From NCBI GenBank assembly GCA_963753595.1, contig CAVWCX010000027.1, positions 32,001-96,000 on the forward strand: DNA of 64,000 nt, in the 5' to 3' direction. This DNA comes from Candidatus Methanoperedenaceae archaeon. Its GTDB lineage: Archaea; Halobacteriota; Methanosarcinia; Methanosarcinales; Methanoperedenaceae. Made by a program: the position numbers and the translations under genes. Position 1 is the first letter of the stretch; the number at the start of each line of letters is the position of its first letter. Shown here in pieces: positions 52,699 through 61,812 of this stretch. Below the pieces are notes generated by a model. The model saw nothing but the letters and a program-made list of their open reading frames with translations, was not told the DNA's origin and made no database searches.

Positions 52699-55044
52699 AT
52701 GGACAGAAAACAAATCAACAGGAAAATGACTTTCAGTACCGCCTTAATAGTTGATACTATAAAGTCACTGGCCGGTAAAAAGAAAGAAGGGAAAACACTA
52801 TGTTCTTATAAGGTCAGGAAATATAAACACCAGCGTGTAATTATTCTTGACTGCAAGAACTGCAAGTCGGGTTCATCATCTATCACAGATCCAACCTGCA
52901 GAGAGTATATTTTCCATATCCTGAACTCAGAACCTGCAGCGAACCGGCTTGTCCTGTCCCATCTTTTTGACCGGGACTATGAAATGGAAAACCTGGATTT
53001 CCTATATCTACTGGCTCGATTCATAAATAATATCCACGAATATGAACATTCAGAATTCGGGACTGAATGCGAACAATATACAACCCCGTGGAAAGAATGG
53101 CTGCTTTCTATCATAAATGAAAGTACCTCCGACCCGGTAAAAGCATATTCGGAAATAAGAGAAAAAATAAAGATACTTCAAAAACCCGATTTTGGACCCG
53201 GTATCGAATCAGATATCAAAAAAAATATCCCCTCCAATAAAAAGTTCGAAAAATGCAGAAATCATTTTTTATCAATATTGGAAATAATGATATCCACTGT
53301 ACCTTTGCTGGCAGACCGTATAAAATATGAGGGACAAAGTTCAGATTTTTACAGGAATACTATTAAATCACTCGTCAGGCCGGGTTTTTCAACATCAAGG
53401 ATATATACAGCTCCGCCGTCAAATACAGAATTTCTTGAAAGGTATGAAGTGCAAAGATCAGGGGGGCGGATCTTGCCAATAACGATCTATAGGCTTACCG
53501 ACCGACCTGAAAGCCTGTATTTTACGATTCCTGCCGAATATAATAACATGCGTCCAATAGAATTGGAAATCATTGAATCAGTTCGGAAGAAACTAATGAG
53601 GCACAGCCCAAAGGATATCAATTTTGCGGAATCCTCCAATTCCAGGGAATATTTCGAAAGGCTTGGGGTCCAGATGATTTCAGAGGAGGCCAGGGAGAAA
53701 AATATAAAACTGACCCCGGATGAAATAAACGTTTTATCGGATATACTTTCAAAATACACAACCGGATTGGGCATACTGGAAGATGTCCTTTCTGATGAAC
53801 GCGTTACTGATGTATATGTGAATTCACCGGCTGACATAAATCCCATCCATGTGGTAGTTGATGGCGAGGAATGTTTTTCAAATATATATTTATCCCAGGA
53901 TGATATCGATTCCATGATAACACGGTTCAGGGCGATAAGCGGAAGACCATTCGGGGAAGCAAATCCAGTCCTTGATATGGACCTGCCGCAGTTCAAAACA
54001 AGGGTATCAGTGATCGGAGACCCGCTATCATCCGGCGGATTGGCATATGCGTTCCGTAAACATGCACGAAATCCATGGACACTTCCAAAACTGATAAACA
54101 CAGGCTCGATCACTCCGCTTGCTGCGGGTTTATTGAGTTTCCTGATGGATGGCCAGTCTTCTATCCTTGTCGCGGGTGGTGTCGGTTCAGGAAAAACATC
54201 CCTCCTTTGCGCTTTGCTTCTTGAGATCCCCCAGAAATACAGGATATTGACTATTGAAGACATTCCTGAGCTTCCTATTGAAGACCTGCAAAAACTTGGC
54301 TGCAAGATCCAGGGAATGAATACAAAGGCCGCAGTTGGTGGAACCAACATCGAGGTCAATCCTGAAACAGCACTTCGCGCAGCACTTCGGATGGGAAATG
54401 CTACACTTGTACTTGGTGAAGTGAGAGGCCCTGAAGTAAAAGTATTATACGAGGCAATGCAGGTAGGAGCTGCCGGAAATTCCGTTATCGGTACGATCCA
54501 TGGCGCATCCACAAGGGCAGTATATGAACGCATCGTCAACAGCCTTGGAGTACCCGCTGCATCTTTCAGGGCGACGGATGCGGTCATTGTAGCACAGAAC
54601 GTGAGGGTCAGCGGCACAATGAAAAAGAAAAAAAGAGTTGTTGAAATAGCCGAAGTTACAGGAGGAGAATGGGAAGACCATCCTGATGCAGATGATATTT
54701 TTAATGATATAATGGTATTCGATGCTACCCAGGATAAGCTTGTAGCGACTGATCTGCTTGACAGGGGAGGTTCAGAGCTTGTGAGTAAGATAGCCCATAA
54801 ATGGGGTATGGGGATTGATGAAGCATCTCTCAATATAAAGGTGCGGGCAATGATCAAAGAAACGATCGCAAAAGTGGGCGAACAACATCCCAGGTTTGTG
54901 GAATCGGACATGGTAATGAAAGCAAACAATGTTTTTTGTCTTTACCTTGACCAGATGCAGGATGATTCAGGAAAAGTGGATTTCCATGGGGTTTATGAAA
55001 GATGGATGGCCTGGTACCGTGATTTCGTGGAGACAAACAGGTAA
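52699..55044 (+). CDS. Type II/IV secretion (VirB11/TadA-like) ATPase with long Cys-containing N-terminus
   Basis: GGVGSGKT, TIED..EL, LGEVRG, GTIHG. Confidence 0.92.
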   Translation: MDRKQINRKMTFSTALIVDTIKSLAGKKKEGKTLCSYKVRKYKHQRVIILDCKNCKSGSSSITDPTCREYIFHILNSEPAANRLVLSHLFDRDYEMENLDFLYLLARFINNIHEYEHSEFGTECEQYTTPWKEWLLSIINESTSDPVKAYSEIREKIKILQKPDFGPGIESDIKKNIPSNKKFEKCRNHFLSILEIMISTVPLLADRIKYEGQSSDFYRNTIKSLVRPGFSTSRIYTAPPSNTEFLERYEVQRSGGRILPITIYRLTDRPESLYFTIPAEYNNMRPIELEIIESVRKKLMRHSPKDINFAESSNSREYFERLGVQMISEEAREKNIKLTPDEINVLSDILSKYTTGLGILEDVLSDERVTDVYVNSPADINPIHVVVDGEECFSNIYLSQDDIDSMITRFRAISGRPFGEANPVLDMDLPQFKTRVSVIGDPLSSGGLAYAFRKHARNPWTLPKLINTGSITPLAAGLLSFLMDGQSSILVAGGVGSGKTSLLCALLLEIPQKYRILTIEDIPELPIEDLQKLGCKIQGMNTKAAVGGTNIEVNPETALRAALRMGNATLVLGEVRGPEVKVLYEAMQVGAAGNSVIGTIHGASTRAVYERIVNSLGVPAASFRATDAVIVAQNVRVSGTMKKKKRVVEIAEVTGGEWEDHPDADDIFNDIMVFDATQDKLVATDLLDRGGSELVSKIAHKWGMGIDEASLNIKVRAMIKETIAKVGEQHPRFVESDMVMKANNVFCLYLDQMQDDSGKVDFHGVYERWMAWYRDFVETNR

Positions 55045-55052
55045 GATCATTT

Positions 55053-56996
55053 ATGGATGATAAACAGAATATGTATTGCCGTGCCTGCCATTTTTCTGTA
55101 AAGCACTTTAGCTGGCTTGTCGGTGACCCTGGAGAATACAGGAAAAAAAGCGAAAAATCCGTAAGCAAAGAGTTCCTTGATGCATTAGATTTTTCCGGAT
55201 TTGAACTTGAACCATGGGAAACCCATATACTTTCATACACTGGCGGCCTTTTATTATTAATGTTGTTGGTTTGTCTTGATATTATCCTTTTTAGCATTTC
55301 AACGTATGAAAGAAATTCTATAATTTTTGCGGCGGTTTTCACTGCAATTGTTCCTGTCATTGCAGTGATATACTTGAGTGAGTACCCCAAGATACATGCA
55401 AAATTCTTAAGAATCCATACGCTTGGGGATATCCCGGAAATCCAGAGTTATATTGTAATGTCAATGAAGCTTGTTCCCAATATGGAAAGAGCCATAATTT
55501 TTGCAGCTGACAATTCATTCAGGCCGCTTGCAAGGGACTTAAAAAAACTTATCTGGGACATCCATATTCGCGTATATAGCAATATCGATGAAGCACTTAT
55601 CGAATTTGCAAACCAGTGGGGCAAGAACAGCGAATATTTCAAACGTTCTCTCCATCTTGTAAAAAGTTCAACAAGCGAACCGGATGAAGCCCAGAGAATT
55701 ATGACCCTTAATAAATCGCTCGACATAGTCCTTGAGGGGACTAAAACCATGATGGATGCATTTGCAGCTAAACTCAAAACCCCAACTTATGTCCTGTACT
55801 CGATTTTCATATTGATCCCCCTGGCTCTTGTTGCGCTGCTTCCGGCAGTCAGCATCGTTGGCGTGAGGATGGATACTGTGACCCTTGTATTGATCTACAA
55901 TATCGGACTTCCTCTTGTTACGTTTTTGTATTCCGAATATATTTTACTGCAGCGTCCTGCCACTTTTTCACCGCCGAACATCTCAGACAAACATCCTGAA
56001 CTTTTTAATATCGTCTCGACAAGGAAAACTATAATTATTGTCTCATTGATAGCCGGGTCAGCAGTGGGATTTTCAGGATATATCCTGCTTTATTTTGGCA
56101 ATCCTTTTAATATTATCTCAAAAGAAGCAATGGCTGGACTGATCTTACCTACATTCCCGATCGTTTGGGCAATAACGGCGATGATAACGATATATTGCCT
56201 CGGAATATATACTCCTTATAAAAAAATACGCGATTCTGTAAAACAGATAGAAAATGAGTTTGCCGACGCCATGTTCATCCTTGGGAGAAGGATATCAGAA
56301 GGCCGATCCGCAGAAGAAGCCTTTTCACACACATCAGAAACGATGAAAGGGGCAAAAATCGGCGAAGCCTTTGAAGACATTGCAAAAAACCTTACATGCA
56401 TGAGAACCACATTGCATGGAGCTATTTTTGATGAGGAGTATGGGGCTTTCAAGGATATCTACTCAGACAGGGTACATACAATGATGAAACTTCTGACCGA
56501 GAGCGTGCATAGAAGCCATGAGGCTGCAGGCATGGCAATCATAAAGCTTGCTGACCACCTCAAGGAATTACAGGAGGTAGAAGCAAATATTAGACGGTCG
56601 CTGTATGATGTTACATCCACGATGAGGTCAACGGCTATTATATTTGCCCCGCTTATAGCAGGAGTTACGCTTGCTCTTTCCGAAGTGATCCAGAAGATAT
56701 TGCTAAATATCTCAAAAGAGTCACGAAATTTACCTGATGAATACAGTATTGGGGATTTTATGAAAGAAGCAGGAACGGGAATGACCCAGACGGTTCCACC
56801 TGATATTTTCCTGCTTGTCGTGGGAATTTATATGATATTATTGGTGATCATCCTTACACGGTTTGCTGGCGGGATCGAGTATGGCGATGACAGGCCCCAG
56901 TTCATGTACGATCTTGGACAGACCCTGCCCATGTCGATCATGGTGTTCACGGTTACGACTATTATATCGAGAGTGATTTTCAGTTCAATGGTGTAA
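55053..56996 (+). CDS. TadC/T2SS-F-like double-domain membrane platform protein
   Basis: Multi-TM protein with two cytoplasmic helical domains, 8 bp downstream of the ATPase. Confidence 0.82.
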   Translation: MDDKQNMYCRACHFSVKHFSWLVGDPGEYRKKSEKSVSKEFLDALDFSGFELEPWETHILSYTGGLLLLMLLVCLDIILFSISTYERNSIIFAAVFTAIVPVIAVIYLSEYPKIHAKFLRIHTLGDIPEIQSYIVMSMKLVPNMERAIIFAADNSFRPLARDLKKLIWDIHIRVYSNIDEALIEFANQWGKNSEYFKRSLHLVKSSTSEPDEAQRIMTLNKSLDIVLEGTKTMMDAFAAKLKTPTYVLYSIFILIPLALVALLPAVSIVGVRMDTVTLVLIYNIGLPLVTFLYSEYILLQRPATFSPPNISDKHPELFNIVSTRKTIIIVSLIAGSAVGFSGYILLYFGNPFNIISKEAMAGLILPTFPIVWAITAMITIYCLGIYTPYKKIRDSVKQIENEFADAMFILGRRISEGRSAEEAFSHTSETMKGAKIGEAFEDIAKNLTCMRTTLHGAIFDEEYGAFKDIYSDRVHTMMKLLTESVHRSHEAAGMAIIKLADHLKELQEVEANIRRSLYDVTSTMRSTAIIFAPLIAGVTLALSEVIQKILLNISKESRNLPDEYSIGDFMKEAGTGMTQTVPPDIFLLVVGIYMILLVIILTRFAGGIEYGDDRPQFMYDLGQTLPMSIMVFTVTTIISRVIFSSMV

Positions 56997-57013
56997 AGTA
57001 TTTCCAAATAGCT

Positions 57014-57066
57014 CACCGCAGAGGACGCAAAGAGCGCAAAGTTCAGGATAATTGTTCTTTGCGTAC
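57014..57066. repeat. 9-nt periodic palindrome (CGCARAG units), interrupted
   Basis: CACCGCAGAG-GA-CGCAAAG-AG-CGCAAAG...CTTTGCG; next CTTTGCG at 57194-57200. Confidence 0.7.
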
Positions 57067-57067
57067 C

Positions 57068-57196
57068 GGTATGAACAAAATAAACAACTAACTCTTACGA
57101 ATTGAAACGAACTCACGCTACCGGAGTTCGTAACAGTTCGTATTAGTTCGCTGTTTTTTTCATATTGATTTATAAACCACAGTTAATGGCCAACTT
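57068..57196 (+). repeat. MITE-like element with 10-nt periodic hairpin, copy B
   Basis: Aligns end to end with 16212-16329, with one extra AGTTCG unit. Confidence 0.75.
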
Positions 57197-57264
57197 TGCG
57201 CCATTTTTGTGTTTAAATATCAATAGGAGGTCCCAAAATACTTTAATGCAGCTATTATTTGTCT

Positions 57265-58086
57265 TTACTGCAATTCCAATCTTCCTTCGAATACGCGCTC
57301 GGCAGTTCCTTCCATATAGGCTGTATCATCGTCTATTGTAATTCTCAATTCCCCGCCTTTCGTGTTCACTTTAATTGAATTCCCTGTCATTCCAAGGCGA
57401 TATGCTATTGCCGCAGAAGCGACTGAACCTGTGCCGCAGCTTAAAGTTTCACCCTCAACTCCACGCTCATAAGTGCGAATTGTTATTTCATTCCGGGAAT
57501 CAAGGTGCACGAAATTCACATTCGTACCTTTCGGGAAAATCATATCGTATCGGATCTTTGGAGCTGCGGGCATTAATCCGGCATCATCAAGTGAATCTAC
57601 AAAAATCACTGCGTGCGGAACTCCCGTGTTGACCGCAGATACTTCATATCCATGCAAAGCTACATTGAGAAATTCCCCTGCTCCTTTTGCTGGAATCTGT
57701 GTCCTCTGGAATTGCGGTTTTCCCATCTTGACCATGATCCACGTTTTTTCCTCGCGCCGCGAAGTTATGGGAAGAACACCCGCAAGCGTTTCGACACTTG
57801 CTTTATCCTGTATATATCCTTTATCCAGTGCATATTTCACAAGGCAGCGCACGCCATTGCCGCACATCTCTGCTTCTGTGCCATCTGAATTGAAAATCCG
57901 CATCCTGATATCCGCTATTTCGGATCTTCCGAGAAAAAGCACACCATCGGCTCCTATTCCAAAACGGCGGTCACAGTATTTTAATGCAAAACCGGCCTTT
58001 TTATTATCATCAATGATCTTTTTATTATATTCATCGATCAATATGAAATCATTTCCATTCCCGTGAAGTTTTGTAAAATCCAACAT
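57265..58086 (-). CDS. dapF: Diaminopimelate epimerase
   Basis: HGNGNDF, GIGADG, EMCGNG, TYERG, SCGTG. Confidence 0.96.
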   Translation of the reverse strand: MLDFTKLHGNGNDFILIDEYNKKIIDDNKKAGFALKYCDRRFGIGADGVLFLGRSEIADIRMRIFNSDGTEAEMCGNGVRCLVKYALDKGYIQDKASVETLAGVLPITSRREEKTWIMVKMGKPQFQRTQIPAKGAGEFLNVALHGYEVSAVNTGVPHAVIFVDSLDDAGLMPAAPKIRYDMIFPKGTNVNFVHLDSRNEITIRTYERGVEGETLSCGTGSVASAAIAYRLGMTGNSIKVNTKGGELRITIDDDTAYMEGTAERVFEGRLELQ

Positions 58087-58087
58087 A

Positions 58088-58717
58088 TTATCTCTTTTCC
58101 TTCTTTAATGCAGAGGAGATCATCTGGCCTGCGGTCTTTATCATCATATATGCACCGCCGACTATCAAAACCGGCCCGGCGCCAACAGCTGCTGCGGCAA
58201 TACCCGCGCTTGCAAGAAGTGCAGTATCCTGGTTAGTAAGGAAACGGGAGACTTTATCAAGCGTGGAAGGTTCGATATCCACTGCATCCGTCTCAAGCAC
58301 TATCTCACCTTTCTGGAATATTTTTATCCATCCGGTTTCTTCAGAGACCAGAACAGCCGTGATCGTCTCGTCATACAAAGTAATACCTCTGGCTGCTGCA
58401 TGTTTTGTCCCAAAACCAAGAAGTGTTTCGGATTTTAATATCCTTGCTCCGTATGCAACCATTTCCCCGTCAGGGGTAAATATCAAGGCCCCATCAAGCG
58501 TAGCAAGTTTTTCAACAACAGCATCCATGCCCTTACTGAGTAAATTCCCCGCGAACTGGATCTGAGGATAATGAAGACGGTAATTTCCTTCAATCTGTTT
58601 CCTGTCTGCAATTACGAAAAGAGCTCCCTGATTATCCTTTGCAAGCCTCTTTGAGATATTGAGGATGTTGCGCATTACTTCAGATTTCTTATCCGGGTTA
58701 TTCTCTGCCTGTAACAT
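58088..58717 (-). CDS. DisA_N diadenylate cyclase-domain protein
   Basis: GALFVI, LATLDGA, GTKHAAA, VSEETG. Confidence 0.85.
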   Translation of the reverse strand: MLQAENNPDKKSEVMRNILNISKRLAKDNQGALFVIADRKQIEGNYRLHYPQIQFAGNLLSKGMDAVVEKLATLDGALIFTPDGEMVAYGARILKSETLLGFGTKHAAARGITLYDETITAVLVSEETGWIKIFQKGEIVLETDAVDIEPSTLDKVSRFLTNQDTALLASAGIAAAAVGAGPVLIVGGAYMMIKTAGQMISSALKKEKR

Positions 58718-58790
58718 AGAGCCTACTTATTATTAAGATAAGTTATATGTTTTGGTAAATTGATTTCGATTGGATTAAAAGCAGCAGGTA

Positions 58791-59498
58791 ATGATGTCTC
58801 AATTGCAAAAAAAAGAAAATGTCCGGAATATGTTCGCAGGTATTTCCAAAAGGTATGACTTTTTAAATCACCTCTTGAGCCTTGAAAAGGATAAATACTG
58901 GCGCCGCTTTGCTGTATCAAAACTGGCGCCGGGCTATATCATTGATGTTTGCTCGGGTACGGGGGATGTCGCGATAGAAGCTGCAAAAAATAATCGGGTG
59001 ATAGCCTCCGATTTTTGTTATGAGATGCTGCAATTATGCAGGCCAAAGTTAGAGAAAAAGGATATAAAAAATGTTAGCTGCATCCAGAATGATGCAGAAA
59101 ACCTTTCATTCAGGGATGGGACGTTTGATGGCGCAATCGTAGCTTTTGGAATACGTAATGTCGCAGATATCAAGAAAGCCTTATCTGAGATGAAACGTGT
59201 GGTCAGGACAGGCGGCAGGGTTGTTGTTCTTGAATTTTCTGTACCTGAGAATAAGATTTTCAGATCTTTTTATTATTTGTATTTCAAGAAGATCTTACCG
59301 TTCGTGGGAGCGGTTATATCCAAAAAAGATGATCCTTACAATTATCTTCCCGCATCAGTGATGTCGTTCCCCAGGAGGAATGAGTTTGTTGAACTTATGA
59401 AAGATGCAGGAATTTCACATGTTGAATATTTTGACCTGACTTTCGGGATAGTCACTGTTTATGTGGGAGATTGCAATGGTGAAATAAGTAAAAAGTAA
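58791..59498 (+). CDS. menG: Demethylmenaquinone methyltransferase (UbiE/MenG)
   Basis: [10 protein letters not shown]...[27 protein letters not shown]. Confidence 0.92.
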   Translation: MMSQLQKKENVRNMFAGISKRYDFLNHLLSLEKDKYWRRFAVSKLAPGYIIDVCSGTGDVAIEAAKNNRVIASDFCYEMLQLCRPKLEKKDIKNVSCIQNDAENLSFRDGTFDGAIVAFGIRNVADIKKALSEMKRVVRTGGRVVVLEFSVPENKIFRSFYYLYFKKILPFVGAVISKKDDPYNYLPASVMSFPRRNEFVELMKDAGISHVEYFDLTFGIVTVYVGDCNGEISKK

Positions 59499-59563
59499 AG
59501 CGAAAAAATGTGTGCGCTAGGTGGTTTCAGCTTGTACTATACAAATATGGTTGTTATGGAGTA

Positions 59564-59722
59564 TATTATACTGACAGCAGCGGAAAGATCCTGCGATATT
59601 ACCAGCTTGTTGCGATCAACCGCACGATAGAGGCTATTGCGCGAGGACAAGACCGCATACTACTGGTCATGGCGACAGGAACCGGAAAGATGTTTACAGC
59701 ATTCCAGATCATCTGGCGCCTG
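59564..59722 (+). pseudogene. hsdR: Fragment of type I restriction subunit HsdR
   Basis: [43 protein letters not shown] (Q-motif and Walker A). Confidence 0.88.
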
Positions 59723-59723
59723 A

Positions 59724-59783
59724 TCGCAGGCGGACAGCGAGAAGATGATGGAGGCGGTTGTAGGGAGGATGCTGGCGGAGTAA
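59724..59783 (+). repeat. Repeated gene 3' tail (putative hsdS end), copy 1
   Basis: [19 protein letters not shown]; 19 bp identical to 60810-60828. Confidence 0.6.
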
Positions 59784-59827
59784 CGGGAAAAGCAAATAAG
59801 CAATTAAAACAATTACAAACGAAATAC

Positions 59828-60199
59828 ATGGATAAAGATGAATGGTTCAAACAAGCTGATTATGACATGGAAACCGCAGAATTCATGTTCAAAGGAGAAC
59901 GGTATTTTTATACTGTCTTCATGTGCCATCTATCTATAGAAAAAGCACTCAAGGGGCTTATCATTCAAAAAAATAAAGAAGCTCCACCCAAAACTCACAA
60001 TCTGCTTTATCTCATTGAAATTATCGACTTGGAATTACCTGAAGATATGTATGATTTTGTCTTCACTCTGAACAGAGTAAGCGTTCTCACTCGATATCCT
60101 GATAATCTGCAAAGAATGCTGAACGAATACAACATGGATATTACAGAAAAGATGCTTGGAAAAGGGAAGGAGTTATTAAAATGGTTAAAGTCAAAATAG
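59828..60199 (+). CDS. HEPN-domain protein
   Basis: [29 protein letters not shown]. The longer ORF from 59510 is an accidental fusion. Confidence 0.9.
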   Translation: MDKDEWFKQADYDMETAEFMFKGERYFYTVFMCHLSIEKALKGLIIQKNKEAPPKTHNLLYLIEIIDLELPEDMYDFVFTLNRVSVLTRYPDNLQRMLNEYNMDITEKMLGKGKELLKWLKSK

Positions 60200-60504
60200 C
60201 GGAAGCTATTAAATTCTTTGAGAATTGTTTGAAAGAAAAAGGATTGAAAGTTTCAAAAATAATTCTATTCGGGTCGCATAGCACGGGAAAAGCGACTATA
60301 GATAGCGATGTGGATATTCTGATAATTTCTCAGGATTTTAAAAACAAAGATATTTTTGAAAGGGCAAGATTGACGAAGGAAGCAGAAATAAACACCATAA
60401 AAAAATTCAGAGTGCCACTTGATATTATCACTCTCACTTCTGAAGAATTTGAAAGCGGGAAATCCCTTATTACTGAATTTGCGAGAAAAGGGAAAGTAAT
60501 GTAA
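60181..60504 (+). CDS. Minimal nucleotidyltransferase (MNT)
   Basis: ILFGS...DSDVD...LDII; overlaps the HEPN gene. Confidence 0.92.
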   Translation: MVKVKIAEAIKFFENCLKEKGLKVSKIILFGSHSTGKATIDSDVDILIISQDFKNKDIFERARLTKEAEINTIKKFRVPLDIITLTSEEFESGKSLITEFARKGKVM

Positions 60505-60562
60505 TCTGCATGATGCTGGCGGGTGGAGATAACGCATAGAAATAAAATTTTAGCGATTGAAA

Positions 60563-60625
60563 AACCACAGAGTGCGCAGAGGACACAGAGAACGAAACTC
60601 TGTGCTCTCTGTGTTCTCCGTGGTT
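60563..60625. repeat. Complete 9-nt periodic imperfect palindrome
   Basis: AACCACAGAG-TG-CGCAGAG-GA-CACAGAG / loop / CTCTGTG-CT-CTCTGTG-TT-CTCCGTGGTT. Confidence 0.85.
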
Positions 60626-60785
60626 GATTTGATTTACTCTTTTCACCGCAAAAAACGCAAAGCATGGGAGCTTTTTGTCATATATTTGCGCCGCAAGGGG
60701 GAATTATATCTGCGTTTATCCGCGCTTAAAAAAAGCCGGAATATGCTTTGTCTTGCTGAAACACCGGCGCCTAAAAAAAGTTCAT

Positions 60786-60839
60786 GAGCTTGAAGCAGGA
60801 CTCATGCGCTCGCAGGCGGACAGCGAGAGGTTGATGTAA
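60786..60839 (+). repeat. Repeated gene 3' tail (putative hsdS end), copy 2
   Basis: ELEAGLMRSQADSERLM*. Confidence 0.6.
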
Positions 60840-60888
60840 TCTGGAAATCACTAACAATTAAGTATTATCAAAATTATAAGGACTGTAA

Positions 60889-61812
60889 ATGAATAAAGAG
60901 GATGTCTGTATTTTAATACCCACTCTCAATGAGGGAAAAACAATAGGCGGATTGGTAACAGAATTCAAATCGATGGGTTATCCCGATATTCTTGTTATTG
61001 ACGGTCACAGCACAGATGATACTATATCAAAAGCGCAAAGCGCAGGGGCAAGAGTTGTAGTGCAAAACGGCACTGGAAAAGGACAGGCTATCAGCCAGGC
61101 ATTTCATTTATTATCGAGTAAATATGTTGTAATGATAGATGGGGATGGAACATATCTTCCTGAAGAAATAAACAAATTACTTGAACCTGTAATATCAGGA
61201 CAAGCTGACCACGTTATCGGTAACAGGTTCACGAATTATGAGAAAGGGGCATTCACCGGTATTAATCTCTTTGGTAACATGATACTGAACAAGATATTCG
61301 GTTTAGCTTATGGGATCTGGCTAAATGACATACTTTCCGGTTACCGGGTATTCAATTATAATGCCTATAAACAAATTGAATTGAACAGGACAGGTTTTGA
61401 AGTCGAGACAGAAATCACGATCGAATGTGTTAAAAAAGATCTTAAGATAGTTGAGCTCCCCATAGCATACCTTGCACGAGTGAGCGGCGCGGCCACAAAA
61501 CTTCGTCCTGTCAGGGATGGTTTCCGGATCGCTTCAACAATATATCTTCTTGCAAGGACGCATAATCCTTTATTTTATTTTAATTTAATAGGCGGCCTTT
61601 TAACTTTGATCGGGATAATTGTTGGAATATATGTCGTAAACGAATGGATGAATAGTATAACACATATTCCCCTGATGATCTTTGCGACACTTCTTATTGT
61701 TACAGGGATACTGATGTTCATTTTTGCCATCCTCAGTGACCTGATCGTTTCAATGAACAGGGAAAATGTGCGGGTAATGCGAAAGATCTTAAAGGAAATT
61801 GAAAAACCATGA
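60889..61812 (+). CDS. aglJ: GT2 glycosyltransferase, AglJ-like (dolichol-phosphate sugar transferase)
   Basis: IPTLNE, DGHSTD, GKG, DGDGTY, two C-terminal TM segments. Confidence 0.85.
   Translation: MNKEDVCILIPTLNEGKTIGGLVTEFKSMGYPDILVIDGHSTDDTISKAQSAGARVVVQNGTGKGQAISQAFHLLSSKYVVMIDGDGTYLPEEINKLLEPVISGQADHVIGNRFTNYEKGAFTGINLFGNMILNKIFGLAYGIWLNDILSGYRVFNYNAYKQIELNRTGFEVETEITIECVKKDLKIVELPIAYLARVSGAATKLRPVRDGFRIASTIYLLARTHNPLFYFNLIGGLLTLIGIIVGIYVVNEWMNSITHIPLMIFATLLIVTGILMFIFAILSDLIVSMNRENVRVMRKILKEIEKP

Noticed and set aside
53487-54929. Long antisense ORFs (also 40411-41370, 9567-10163, 1251-1808)
   Set aside because: Shadows of well-supported opposite-strand genes, with no recognisable motifs.
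59510-60199. 229-aa HsdR-HEPN fusion protein
   Set aside because: The joining segment is an out-of-frame read of another gene tail; HEPN has its own ATG at 59828.
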